Part shown: one piece after another, positions 22,601 to 29,100 of the stretch
How positions within the stretch are numbered: the stretch's first letter is position 1
Layout of the letters: every line of letters begins with the position of its first letter
Source of the DNA: Ostreococcus lucimarinus
Lineage: Eukaryota
Reading direction: 5' to 3' (one strand)
Assembly: GCA_000092065.1 (NCBI GenBank)
Contig: CP000582.1
Length of the DNA stretch: 64,000 nucleotides
Position numbers and translations under genes: made by a program
Notes under the pieces: model-generated
Told to the model about the DNA's origin: nothing
The model's database searches: none
What the model saw: only the letters and a program-made list of their open reading frames with translations

Positions 22601-24623
22601 AGGTACTTCGCTGGGAGATCCGATAGAGGTCGGCGCCGCGCTTGAGGTTCTCGCGCCGCCGACGCGCGCGGACCGGGCGCCGTCCAGGCCCCCCGCGCTC
22701 ACGCTTGAGGGCGTGAAGCCACGCGCTGGCCACTGCGAACCAGGGGCTGGCGCGGTTGGGTTGCTGTTTGCGATGGCAAACTTGACGGAGCGAGCCGTCG
22801 CGTCCCTCGTCCACCTGCGCCAGCTCAACCCTCACGTCGAGGCCGCGACGCGCCGAAACGCACCGTCGCCGCATGCGCGCGCGCCGGTGCTCGCGCGACA
22901 AGGCATGCCGCGACCGGATGACGGCGCGTCTGAGGCTGGAGCAGCGGACGCTGCTCGAGCGCGCGTGCGGCGATCCGGCGTGAGCGGCTTCGCGTTCCAG
23001 GGCACAAACGCGCACGCAATCATGGCCCGGGGACCCGGACAGGCGACTGCGCCCGGGTACACGGGAAGCACGCACACGGCGGCGCGTGCGTGGGAGCGTC
23101 AGCGCCACTGGTGCGCGCCAGAACGGCACTGCCTCATCGAGTCCGTGCGCGCTCTTCATCCTCGCGAGGGAGACTCGAGCGCGTTGGCGCGGTCGTGCGT
23201 GCGCCTGTGTCGGTCCGCGTCGCTCGCTGGCATGCTTGATCACGCCATCGGGCTCCGGACGCTACTACCAGGCACAGCGCACGTCGAGATATGTCGAGCC
23301 ATGGCGGGCGCGCTGGCAGACCAGCCGCTCGCCGACATCTCGCTGTCGCACGTATCTTTTGCAGCGCCCCTCGAGCTTCGAGCGCCGACGACCGACGTGC
23401 TGTGCGACGTCACGCCGCAAGGCGTGGCCCGCGTGGGCGTGCGCGTGTCGTCGTCCTCTGCCGCCGCGCCGTTCCTCGCGGGCGCGCTCAGCCGCAGAAG
23501 CGCCTCAAGAATTACTGCGTCTCCGGCGCACCTCTCGCGAGGACCGGCGATGCCCGCGCTGGACGTGCAGCCTTGTGTTCACGGCGCGAGCTGGCTGCGC
23601 TCGTCGCAGCGACGAGGCCCGGGCGCGGAGCACCGCGTGTACGGCGACATACGCGCGCGTCAGATGTCCACGCTGTCGGCTGCGGCGTATCACTCGCCGC
23701 CCGCAGTGCTCGATGCCGCGCTGCACGCGCTCAGCGCGTGCGCGCCGCCGCCGGGTAGCGATGCGACAGAAGAGAGCCCGCACGTCCCGGCCACGATCGG
23801 CGGCGTCCGCACGCGAGGCGGGCACTCGGACATGTACCGCGCCCGGTTCGCGCTCGCGACGGCTCCGCCTGAGCGCGGGGAGCGGAACGCGTCCACGCGC
23901 AGATCTCGTCACCACCTGTGGGACTGGTCGAGTCTTTCGGCGGCGCATCGAGGGTGCGTGGTGCACGCGCTGGAGTCTCGACGACTCGGTGGCCTCACGA
24001 CGAATTCATTTTATCATAGCTTTACGTCTACGCAGGCATATAAGTTGGCTCATATTCCACGGCCAGACATCCTATCGCAGTCTTTCACTTCAATGAAGAC
24101 TATAAATGCTGTCGACAAAGCTAGCAGCACATTTACAGAACGCAGTAGTGATGCGATGGAAATTGTTAACGCCGTGCAACGCGAGATTTTGGAAATTTTA
24201 TCAACATTAACGACCAGTCCTGTAAGTTTAGATGATACACTTGCGAGCCACGGATTGGACTCACTGGGCATTGCATATTTTTTTATTCAAGTTGGCAAAC
24301 GGTTCAATGTTGAAGTGACTGTTGACAGTCTTGGCACGAACACCACAGTCAGTAGTATAGTGCATCAGATATCACAGATGCTTAGTGCAAGGGTGATTTT
24401 CCTACACACCAAGGACCTGGTGCGCGAGCGAAAAGCCGACAGCTCCTCAAGAAGAGGAAGGAGCACTGCGATCACATCGATGGTGTCTGCATACCGTCGA
24501 CACTTGCAGTCAACTGAATTCGAGCCCAAAGCCTGTTTTGCAAGAGGCGTACTTGCTTGCGCAATATTTACTATATTTATCATTGCGTACGGATATCACG
24601 CACACAGATTCGACATGTTTTAG
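10647..24623 (+). CDS. Type I modular polyketide synthase, AT-less (trans-AT-like); domain order KS-DH-[KR-ACP-KS-DH]x2-KS-DH-ACP with a C-terminal hydrophobic tail; 4658 aa, single intronless ORF
   Basis: KS motifs: EAxxMDPQQRLLLE-like CMDPQQRLLLL and RLMDPQQRVLLE; active-site DTACSSSLVALH / DTACSSSLVAAH; HGTGTPLGDPIE / HGTGTSLGDPIE; FQGTNAH. DH motifs: LLDHRVADMHLMPATGHLE and LDHAVGLRTLLPGTAHVE plus DAALHAL. KR motifs: VFVTGGLGALG (NADPH site) and SPGQCNYSAANAALD. ACP motifs: EEGLDSLAAVEL and terminal ASHGLDSLGIAYF. No GHSxG acyltransferase motif and no ER anywhere. The true start Met may be internal (for example MSNLDTRAMSNPYF). Confidence 0.85.
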   Translation: MTYDIVLQRFTPTSQGPTTPYPCAIKANSKWKLVRLKRLALERFRCPMLTRHKPESVQNGTPRNESRMSNLDTRAMSNPYFQVGRWDCTDELEGCQFSAPHTSVSVPNFEEIQTLHYTCVYEVAITCTQRHDMHNDEFAHVLSSVIELANRVDLTRLRQHHSIDNFATHVLTFRFILDLLRQTYQEYIKGSIENNSFEHVEFTFNNCMDGTHGMATCFKPNKKHSHLCYILDISQAERSCNGRTDDTKCVHDKITMNDRVLSAAKIPDNAVNKQFSASILNDVYGFDSSLFHISQSETLCMDPQQRLLLLAAADLYLSNTRVCQHDDSFCVHVGVSWNDFEEIRRKYSADFFSTYDSTGTSISVASGRIAYYFDFKGCAVTIDTACSSSLVALHQSMYAAGSLRESSALVCGINLILTTTMTHRFQLAGMMSSEHRCMTFDARADGYVRSEACNIVLLHFNGFTKTHRNVLRHDVHMSCVVNQDGTSTGLTAPNGTAQRNLMNELLSDVYNPSKHVGAKIHAHGTGTPLGDPIEVFAINSALSFSSLCRLYVSEKSMRGHTEPASGLCSTILAFVSGAQCKLHGQPHLQQLNNHILTSVDESIFQRSLHSSFPLTSMASVTTVSSFAFQGTNAMASLTYIDKCSIRVIRNTSGLRSLVKLETESPVRLPYTFSCLSIVNGKMIQLTSMIHDKTLKRLLDHRVADMHLMPATGHLELERELTKCALVRNEPYLLTKIAFMLPLKLDESNQLITEMNTHGRLRVGCGSGISNYWCSTARLQIPVGRAWCTDRTFYLTSKLVSRRFKGATATIAGTTPILDSQNVVNPCIQDASLQCSAYVLNTSAFASDTTYMDCVSLLKLPTTIQDVIVVNQTGKILVRSTHVDMLQKTQHVTESNNSVTSNSSSNNKTQTWIHRLLCKVSTVRMKAGLRTRTCLELARLLYHARQQRVLISNMQNLREVGSLHAPELMPIMREMGRKSMQDINSASASLCAVALLQACGARARVSGAHVRANDIVHEDASAAPAVCGSCVRATVQSSAQERSEPLVLSVASAPHTAPARALRSIAAGASIAGALCVERLLPAFGRRTPAASRDGAATTTASPAPKVSSVFVTGGLGALGQTSAAWYAHRGVRHAYLTGRRGRGESLLLRWSSRGGTDVSALHVLRVDACATDEASYGGARAHARVRAHGVLHAGGVLRDSLTARQSASAHRYVWSSKVVSAHALLRQCVGVERGARHIALFSSVAALLGSPGQCNYSAANAALDARAAHEWCRGYAVQSVQWGAWDGAGMALTNASVLRNARTTGIGVLDPQAGLGAVHVALQGASVTGRWRAIQGVLAVVPFQWSVLARAQRSRALIAEYRAESARSSAPVAVHPGAEEDAARDVSDESVRQIVASAVTRALGRDVSVDASLMEEGLDSLAAVELGGALQKETGVNMPATLAFDYPTITAISGYLKGAMLARSRARQSSGAASSAARTRAASGAVAHSRDSMPGIASNAREILGLAPVVMAIRRSVRRLDADDREPKPARHGGSALFSSFVRCVMAERASEDRFDTPSLGRQPSATARVVSLTKARDFTTQALDSMPKCNEIELSVVSAVSSKASGAHDAVRVNNMRHACGEVCDPQSSKSHEFVARRLVQFGYFIERSLFDGEQFSVTAHEARLMDPQQRVLLENALAATSATPHSAPKPATAVSVGAWTSQYADMCRVYEPTPGPYSGVASALSVLCGRVSYTFGMRGPSVCVDTACSSSLVAAHVASSHLRDGSCEDALVAGVSVNVGIGTFLVATAASMLSFDGRCKTLDASADGYAKGECCVVLRVSVDGASAGAPKAPDLPNAESPSLALLEQTGVNQDGRSSSLTAPNGPSQQALVADALLRSGLHGDALGRLEMHGTGTSLGDPIEVGAALEVLAPPTRADRAPSRGPALTLEGVKPRAGHCEPGAGAVGLLFAMANLTERAVASLVHLRQLNPHVEAATRRNAPSPHARAPVLARQGMPRPDDGASEAGAADAARARVRRSGVSGFAFQGTNAHAIMARGPGQATAPGYTGSTHTAARAWERQRHWCAPERHCLIESVRALHPREGDSSALARSCVRLCRSASLAGMLDHAVGLRTLLPGTAHVEICRAMAGALADQPLADISLSHVSFAAPLELRAPTTDVLCDVTPQGVARVGVRVSSSSAAAPFLAGALSRRSASRITASPAHLSRGPAMPALDVQPCVHGASWLRSSQRRGPGAEHRVYGDIRARQMSTLSAAAYHSPPAVLDAALHALSACAPPPGSDATEESPHVPATIGGVRTRGGHSDIYRARFALATAPPERGERNASTRRSRHHLWDWSSLSAAHRGCVVHALESRRLGGAAVVRSRAQQRSRAPPPRRAAAPRVLYGVGQQRACGAADGQGARRRSTLNSQCFVDDASHRRELMETHASPSIAQGSTRSSTRASLCAVALLQACGARARVSGAHVRANDIVHEDASAAPAVCGSCVRATVQSSAQERSEPLVLSVASAPHTAPARALRSIAAGASIAGALCVERLLPTFGRRTPAASRDGAATTTASPAPKVSSVFVTGGLGALGQTSAAWYAHRGVRHAYLTGRRGRGESLLLRWSSRGGTDVSALHVLRVDACATDEASYGGARAHARVRAHGVLHAGGVLRDSLTARQSASAHRYVWSSKVVSAHALLRQCVGVERGARHIALFSSVAALLGSPGQCNYSAANAALDARAAHEWCRGYAVQSVQWGAWDGAGMALTNASVLRNARTTGIGVLDPQAGLGAVHVALQGASVTGRWRAIQGVLAVVPFQWSVLARAQRSRALIAEYRAESARSSAPVAVHPGAEEDAARDVSDESVRQIVASAVTRALGRDVSVDASLMEEGLDSLAAVELGGALQKETGVNMPATLAFDYPTITAISGYLKGAMLARSRARQSSGAASSAARTRAASGAVAHSRRTTITQLPRLRLSYVPHEVSRRTTLGISGQYSHELRHFSSAGPSTSNFEGVLFVRIHNSTKPLPVHPYFIGNFLRCDELEFGLFGAPHSEWTTLDARQILLIESVHTIQLNNSSDVSLRTLETTAVLVGAQAVDSTDEHSVEIQYNAYSGVASALSVLCGRVSYTFGMRGPSVCVDTACSSSLVAAHVASSHLRDGSCEDALVAGVSVNVGIGTFLVATAASMLSFDGRCKTLDASADGYAKGECCVVLRVSVDGASAGAPKAPDLPNAESPSLALLEQTGVNQDGRSSSLTAPNGPSQQALVADALLRSGLHGDALGRLEMHGTGTSLGDPIEVGAALEVLAPPTRADRAPSRGPALTLEGVKPRAGHCEPGAGAVGLLFAMANLTERAVASLVHLRQLNPHVEAATRRNAPSPHARAPVLARQGMPRPDDGASEAGAADAARARVRRSGVSGFAFQGTNAHAIMARGPGQATAPGYTGSTHTAARAWERQRHWCAPERHCLIESVRALHPREGDSSALARSCVRLCRSASLAGMLDHAIGLRTLLPGTAHVEICRAMAGALADQPLADISLSHVSFAAPLELRAPTTDVLCDVTPQGVARVGVRVSSSSAAAPFLAGALSRRSASRITASPAHLSRGPAMPALDVQPCVHGAIRRSVRRLDADDREPKPARHGGSALFSSFVRCVMAERASEDRFDTPSLGRQPSATARVVSLTKARDFTTQALDSMPKCNEIELSVVSAVSSKASGAHDAVRVNNMRHACGEVCDPQSSKSHEFVARHLVQFGYFIERSLFDGEQFSVTAHEARLMDPQQRVLLENALAATSATPHSAPKPATAVSVGAWTSQYADMCRVYEPTPGPYSGVASALSVLCGRVSYTFGMRGPSVCVDTACSSSLVAAHVASSHLRDGSCEDALVAGVSVNVGIGTFLVATAASMLSFDGRCKTLDASADGYAKGECCVVLRVSVDGASAGAPKAPDLPNAESPSLALLEQTGVNQDGRSSSLTAPNGPSQQALVADALLRSGLHGDALGRLEMHGTGTSLGDPIEVGAALEVLAPPTRADRAPSRPPALTLEGVKPRAGHCEPGAGAVGLLFAMANLTERAVASLVHLRQLNPHVEAATRRNAPSPHARAPVLARQGMPRPDDGASEAGAADAARARVRRSGVSGFAFQGTNAHAIMARGPGQATAPGYTGSTHTAARAWERQRHWCAPERHCLIESVRALHPREGDSSALARSCVRLCRSASLAGMLDHAIGLRTLLPGTAHVEICRAMAGALADQPLADISLSHVSFAAPLELRAPTTDVLCDVTPQGVARVGVRVSSSSAAAPFLAGALSRRSASRITASPAHLSRGPAMPALDVQPCVHGASWLRSSQRRGPGAEHRVYGDIRARQMSTLSAAAYHSPPAVLDAALHALSACAPPPGSDATEESPHVPATIGGVRTRGGHSDMYRARFALATAPPERGERNASTRRSRHHLWDWSSLSAAHRGCVVHALESRRLGGLTTNSFYHSFTSTQAYKLAHIPRPDILSQSFTSMKTINAVDKASSTFTERSSDAMEIVNAVQREILEILSTLTTSPVSLDDTLASHGLDSLGIAYFFIQVGKRFNVEVTVDSLGTNTTVSSIVHQISQMLSARVIFLHTKDLVRERKADSSSRRGRSTAITSMVSAYRRHLQSTEFEPKACFARGVLACAIFTIFIIAYGYHAHRFDMF
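13605..23993. repeat. 10.4-kb block of near-identical tandem segmental duplications inside the PKS ORF. Segments: a 13605-15115 = 17976-19486 (KR-ACP). b2 15182-15800 = 21449-22067 (linker plus KS N-terminus). c 15801-17320 = 19929-21448 = 22068-23587 (KS core plus DH N-half). d 17321-17975, partial copy 23588-23993. Order is a-b-c-d-a-b'-c-b2-c-d'.
   Basis: The offsets 4371, 4128 and 6267 nt were verified at several junctions. Copies differ by only a few SNPs (for example caatcttcc/cagtcttcc, gagcggctg/gagcgtctg, RRLVQ/RHLVQ, SRGP/SRPP). The block is about 70% GC against about 47% in the flanks. Confidence 0.85.
19487..19928 (+). repeat. Divergent low-GC paralogue (b') of the linker / KS-N-terminus segment, replacing the 685-nt GC-rich b segment in module copy 2
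   Basis: It encodes FGLFGAPHSEWTTLDARQILLIESVHTIQ...TAVLVGAQAVDSTDEHSVEIQYNAYSGVAS. This aligns with FSVTAHEARLMDPQQRVLLENALAATSA...TAVSVGAWTSQYADMCRVYEPTPGPYSGVAS of the other copies. Nucleotide composition resembles the host flanks. Confidence 0.7.
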
Positions 24624-24726
24624 TTACCAACGTCACGGCGGTAGGCTCATTGCCCTTGTAATTCAACTCCGTTCTCAAAAAGTTGTCTGTTAAGTACTTT
24701 GAGCACTGTTCAGCTCTCACCGCTGA

Positions 24727-24795
24727 CTCCCGACAGGAGTTAGCTAAAACTCCTGACAGGAGTTAGCTAAAACTCCTGACAGGAGTTAGCGAAAG
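24727..24795. repeat. 3 x 23-nt tandem repeat (ctcc[c/t]gacaggagttagc[t/g]aaa[a/g]), each unit containing a near-palindrome ctcctgacaggag; immediately upstream of ORF 24796
   Basis: Direct repeats read in the sequence. Only three units and no spacers, so not a CRISPR array. Confidence 0.8.
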
Positions 24796-25677
24796 GTGAT
24801 GCCGAGGCGCACATCATTAGCCAACGGCAGCTCGCTGTACGACGGGTTGCGATTTAAGTCGAGCGGGTTCAAGCGTTCGGGCAGGAAAGTGAACTTTTAC
24901 ACGTGTAGTACGATCGACGACTCGGACAGAAACGCGTCCTCGACGGGGAGATGCACGTTCGAGGCGGAGATCCGGCACAGAGCCGCGACGGACGAGTACT
25001 TCATCACCAAGTACGTCGGCCATTCGTTCGGTTGCACCGCGCTCTCGCCCCACATCGACGGGGAAACGCGAGCCGAGCTCGTCGATGACGTGCAAATGCA
25101 AGCCATATCCCTGCAACGAGGTCGCGTCGCTGTACAATCGTGTATCGATTACGTGTTCCGGCGCTACTCGTACGTCGTCGACGAAGCGCCGGCTGCGTCG
25201 TTACTTCAGTGCGTGCGGCGACGAAGTTCGGTGGCCACTCGCAGAGAGGCTCTTAAGCGCTTCGCTCAGACGAAAGTGCGATCGAAATTACAGGGCGAAC
25301 TCATGACCTGCATCGCGCACTCGCGCCAAGTCATAACCTCGTTGAGCCTGACCGAACGCCCGACGTCACGCGACATTCGAAAGTATTATCATGTGTTCGG
25401 ATTGCTGCACACGCACTGCAGTCGTCTTCCGGAGTTCGACTCGCTCGCAACCGTATGGATGGCCGCAGATACGACTAGCAGCGCCGCGCTCATTCATGCG
25501 CTCGAGCTCGGCATCAAAAAATTCGACAACGCACTGCGCACCGTTCGCCCCGCGACTGCCTCACAAACTGAAGCCTTGCACAACGCTCACGGCCATCTTC
25601 CTCCTTACGATCTCAGTGAAGCCGAGGCGTTGACGGCTCTTCGTAGTATAGCGCGTTCTGCCCAAACACGTTCGTAG
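24796..25677 (+). CDS. Hypothetical protein (293 aa), no recognisable domain; immediately downstream of the PKS
   Basis: Long ORF with host-like composition, preceded by the 23-nt tandem repeat. I could not recognise any motif. Confidence 0.35.
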   Translation: MMPRRTSLANGSSLYDGLRFKSSGFKRSGRKVNFYTCSTIDDSDRNASSTGRCTFEAEIRHRAATDEYFITKYVGHSFGCTALSPHIDGETRAELVDDVQMQAISLQRGRVAVQSCIDYVFRRYSYVVDEAPAASLLQCVRRRSSVATRREALKRFAQTKVRSKLQGELMTCIAHSRQVITSLSLTERPTSRDIRKYYHVFGLLHTHCSRLPEFDSLATVWMAADTTSSAALIHALELGIKKFDNALRTVRPATASQTEALHNAHGHLPPYDLSEAEALTALRSIARSAQTRS

Positions 25678-26194
25678 CGAAGCTTCTTTGTTAAAGATGT
25701 CAAACATCGTTAACTATGTCATCTTTCCATAGTTTAAACCTCGTTTGCCTTTTTCACCATCAAGCGAAGCGAACCTATTGGATTTCACAACCCTCGTTGA
25801 CGTGTCACTTGAGGTCCAGCTCAGCTCGCCGTCATCGTCAGGACGCGGAAGAATCACACTGCGTTGCGCGCTGACCGGACTTCAAGAGCAAGAACAAAAT
25901 TGGTCGCTAATCCACAGCCAGTGCAACGATAGCAGTACAGTTCCTCTCTTCCGACAGCTCTGGTGTGTTTCCCAGCTCATGCCTGGCTCAGAGCCGCCGC
26001 CCACCATGGACCGGACGGACATAGCCACGTCTAGAAAACTCAGCCCGGAAGGCACGAGTCAAGGCGACCGTGAAATGATGAGCTGGAGCCTTGCTTACGC
26101 GAGCAGGATACTACATACTCGAAAAAAATCGAAAGGGAAGCGCAAGTTCACATTTCAAGTGCGTGCTTTTATTACTTCATATTTTTTTCCTTAA

Positions 26195-29100
26195 ATGTGC
26201 CGACAGCCAGTTGCCGACCAGCTTACAGCGATCAATATCGCCCCGTATCCTGACAGTGCGTTTGATCTCAATGTGCGACAACAGGCATTCGGTACTTGTC
26301 TACAACACGCCTTGCTTCACTGGCAGGAATTATGTTGCTCAAACGACTTCAACAGTTTCGCAGCAAAGGCTTCTATCAGGTGCCTCAGTCTACCTCAGCT
26401 CATTTTACACAAAAAGGAAGTAATGGGAGCTCTTTTGAATGGCATTAGATCAGGAAAATGCTATTCTCTTGAAGCGCTCTTTCATTGTCTCGTTGCCATA
26501 GCGAAAGATCTTGGTGCTAGCTTTGTCACATATTTTCCACTTTCAGTTGAGGCAATCACTTGCTGTCTGGAAGGAACTATGGAATTGGACGCGAACCACG
26601 TGGAGTCGGCGTTTCGGTGCCTCGCTACGCTCTGCACATTACTATGGCGGTCAGGCAAAGTTACAATGCTGCATATTTTAGAGTGTACGCGGCATATTAG
26701 AAACCATCCAAAGCAACATGTGCGCAAACTAGCAGCCCAAGCGGTTGCTCCGGCTGTACGAAGTTCGACTAATGAAATCATCTTAGCTAGTGTCAGAAAT
26801 CTCATCATGGAACACTCTATACTGTGTGAGTCAAGTCAGCAGGAACACAGGATAGAAGCAACGACATTCATGTTACACTACATTGCTGTTGGTCATGCGA
26901 GCGCGCTTCACTCAAAGTCGGACAGCGTGCTGAGAGCAGTTTTCGATCCAGACTTCGTACCTGAGGTACGGGGAACTGTCCGTCTAGTCATAGTTCAGAA
27001 CTTACTTGTTTCACTTGATGCATCTCTACCCAAGAGCGCCTTCAAAGAACTATGGAATTCATTTTTACATGTTATCAGTTCTTGTGCTGCTCAAGTGGGT
27101 AACAAGAACATATCAGAAGTCATGTACTTATCTGAGATAGCTATATCCATATGTTCTACAAGGTTCGAATTGTGTACAGATAGCTACAATAAGCTTTCTG
27201 ATTTCGTACACGCTTACTTCTTGTTTTGTACAACCAGTGCAAAACCAGTTGAGCAATCAAGTGTCACTACTTTTGTGCGGCTGCTGGCGGCACTTTCTTC
27301 ACGTAACGAGTTCAAAGCAATGCCAGTGTTAACATCTTTTCCTTGGTGTGATCTGATACGGACTATTGACAACTCTTCGATTACGCTGATACTAAGGGTG
27401 CTGATACAAAACATTGAACTGGGATGCGTCACAGCTCATTACATGAGTGAAGCCTTACTGATAGATTCGTCGCACTTGATTTTTCTTAGAGGATTCGAAA
27501 ACTCTTTAATGTTGGGCAAGATTATTCAAAAGGTGGCAGAATTTTCGAAGGATTTACACTCGAAGTTGATGCGAATCGACGATGCACTCTTGAAGTGGCA
27601 CTTCGAGTGTAAGCTGACATCGCTTGATTTTAGTGAAATATGGTCAACTCTCCAAATTTTACCGTATTTTGCCGACACTCGACTGGTGCAGAGCGTCATT
27701 ACTACCATGGTCTCATATGTCAAGCGTTCAAAAGAGGCAAGTGTGGATCAAAATGCCCTTTCCAGTGGTGCATCGGCTCTTCTCATGTCTTCACTTGAAG
27801 CTGATATACTTTGTCGAGAACTTGATACATCTTCAAATTGCAAGTTCTCGTTTGAACTTATTCGTTTCACTCTCTCATGTCGTATTTCTTCGCCGGCTGT
27901 GTGGTCTTCGTTAGCACGTCTAACTTCTTTGATTATACGGCGAGCCGATGAAATACCAGCCGAACTTATGCCAAGTGATCTGACAGAATGCATACGATCC
28001 CAAAATCGTCTTTTAAGGGTTTCTGTTCTTGAGTATTTAGCGATTATTGCAAACAATCATATGGGCATGTCACCCAAGTCGACTGAGTGTGTTACAGCCT
28101 TTTTGTATATGAACAGGTTGTCTCGTGATAGTGGAAGTATACTCGAATATTCCAGGAAGAGTATCAATTTGATCAGATCCTTGACTCGGAAACTCAGCGA
28201 CTTTGATGCCTCTGATCACGTTGCGGTGTTGAATATGGCTCTGGGAGCGTTGTATCTTCGTTTCAATCCACTATGGGATCCACTTGTAGAACTGATTGGT
28301 GTCTTGAGTGGATCCGATTCTACAGCGCTTCAGTTATTACAGGCAGAAATCCTTCGAACCAAGCAGGAAGTAATTGCTGACCACGATGTCCAAGAAACGA
28401 TTATTTTGTTCCCCACCGACAGCGATCAGACACGTGATGAAGTTTGTGAAGCTCTCAATCCTCAAGAGCGGAGTGTAGAACAGTCTCAACGTTTACAGCT
28501 GTTGATTACGTCTCTGCAGTACTGCACACTTATGGACCAAACTTTTGTACTTGATCTCTTTTTGGATGTTTATTCAGTCTGCCGTAGAAATGAATATAGA
28601 TATGTTGCTACACGGTATTCAGGCATAATTTTAGCTCTCTTAAAGCTTATGCAGAGTAAAGATGAGGTTCGTTCTCTCCTTCTTCGGACAAAATTAGATG
28701 CGCATCAGTTATACGAAGGCGTTTTCACAGCTTTGAAAGCTTTAGTGGGTGATGACAACGCGAACTTGGCATCAGAAGCGCTGAAGTGTATGGGCCTTTT
28801 GAAGTTAGATTATCTCCCTAATATTAGAGTTTCGCAACTATGCTTGCTGACGGATGTTCAGTCAGTGAAGCGCGCGTTAACTTCAATACAATTCGAAGAA
28901 GGTTCAGAGGATTCTGAAGTTTCACATGAGTTTCCTAAGATCCAAGAACGGCACCGGGAGGATGTCATCAGTATCATAGTAAGCATCCTGTCAAAATATA
29001 TTCTCTCAGGGAAAACTTCATTTAGCTCACTAAAGTCGATCATTTTGAGATGGTTCAGCTGTTTGAGATGTGCTGAAATGGAACCATTTATACATGGGCT

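Noticed and set aside
13600-24100. Dozens of long Arg/Ala-rich ORFs on both strands and in alternative frames (for example 13600..14526-, 14018..14812+, 16029..16976-, 16819..17919+, 17872..18897-, 20157..21104-, 22296..23243-, 23086..24096+), repeated at 4371/4128/6267-nt offsets
   Set aside because: They sit entirely inside the about 70% GC PKS coding block. GC-rich sequence is stop-codon-poor in all frames. Their repetition simply mirrors the module duplications, and their translations are low-complexity RRRR/AAAA strings with no motifs.
10647-24623. Interpretation of the GC-rich PKS block as bacterial contamination or a bacterial gene cluster or operon
   Set aside because: The reading frame runs uninterrupted from the host-like low-GC KS-DH N-terminus through the GC-rich modules into the low-GC terminal ACP. 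A low-GC KS relic (19487-19928) sits inside the block. Flanking genes are eukaryotic with spliceosomal introns. No Shine-Dalgarno or operon organisation. Chimeric assembly cannot be fully excluded without reads.
24727-24795. Possible CRISPR array
   Set aside because: Only three contiguous 23-nt units with no spacers, in a eukaryotic contig. It is a simple tandem repeat.
25745-26194. ORF 25745..26194 (149 aa) as an independent gene
   Set aside because: More likely 5' UTR or an upstream exon of the large HEAT-repeat gene. It has no motifs, so it is left uncalled.
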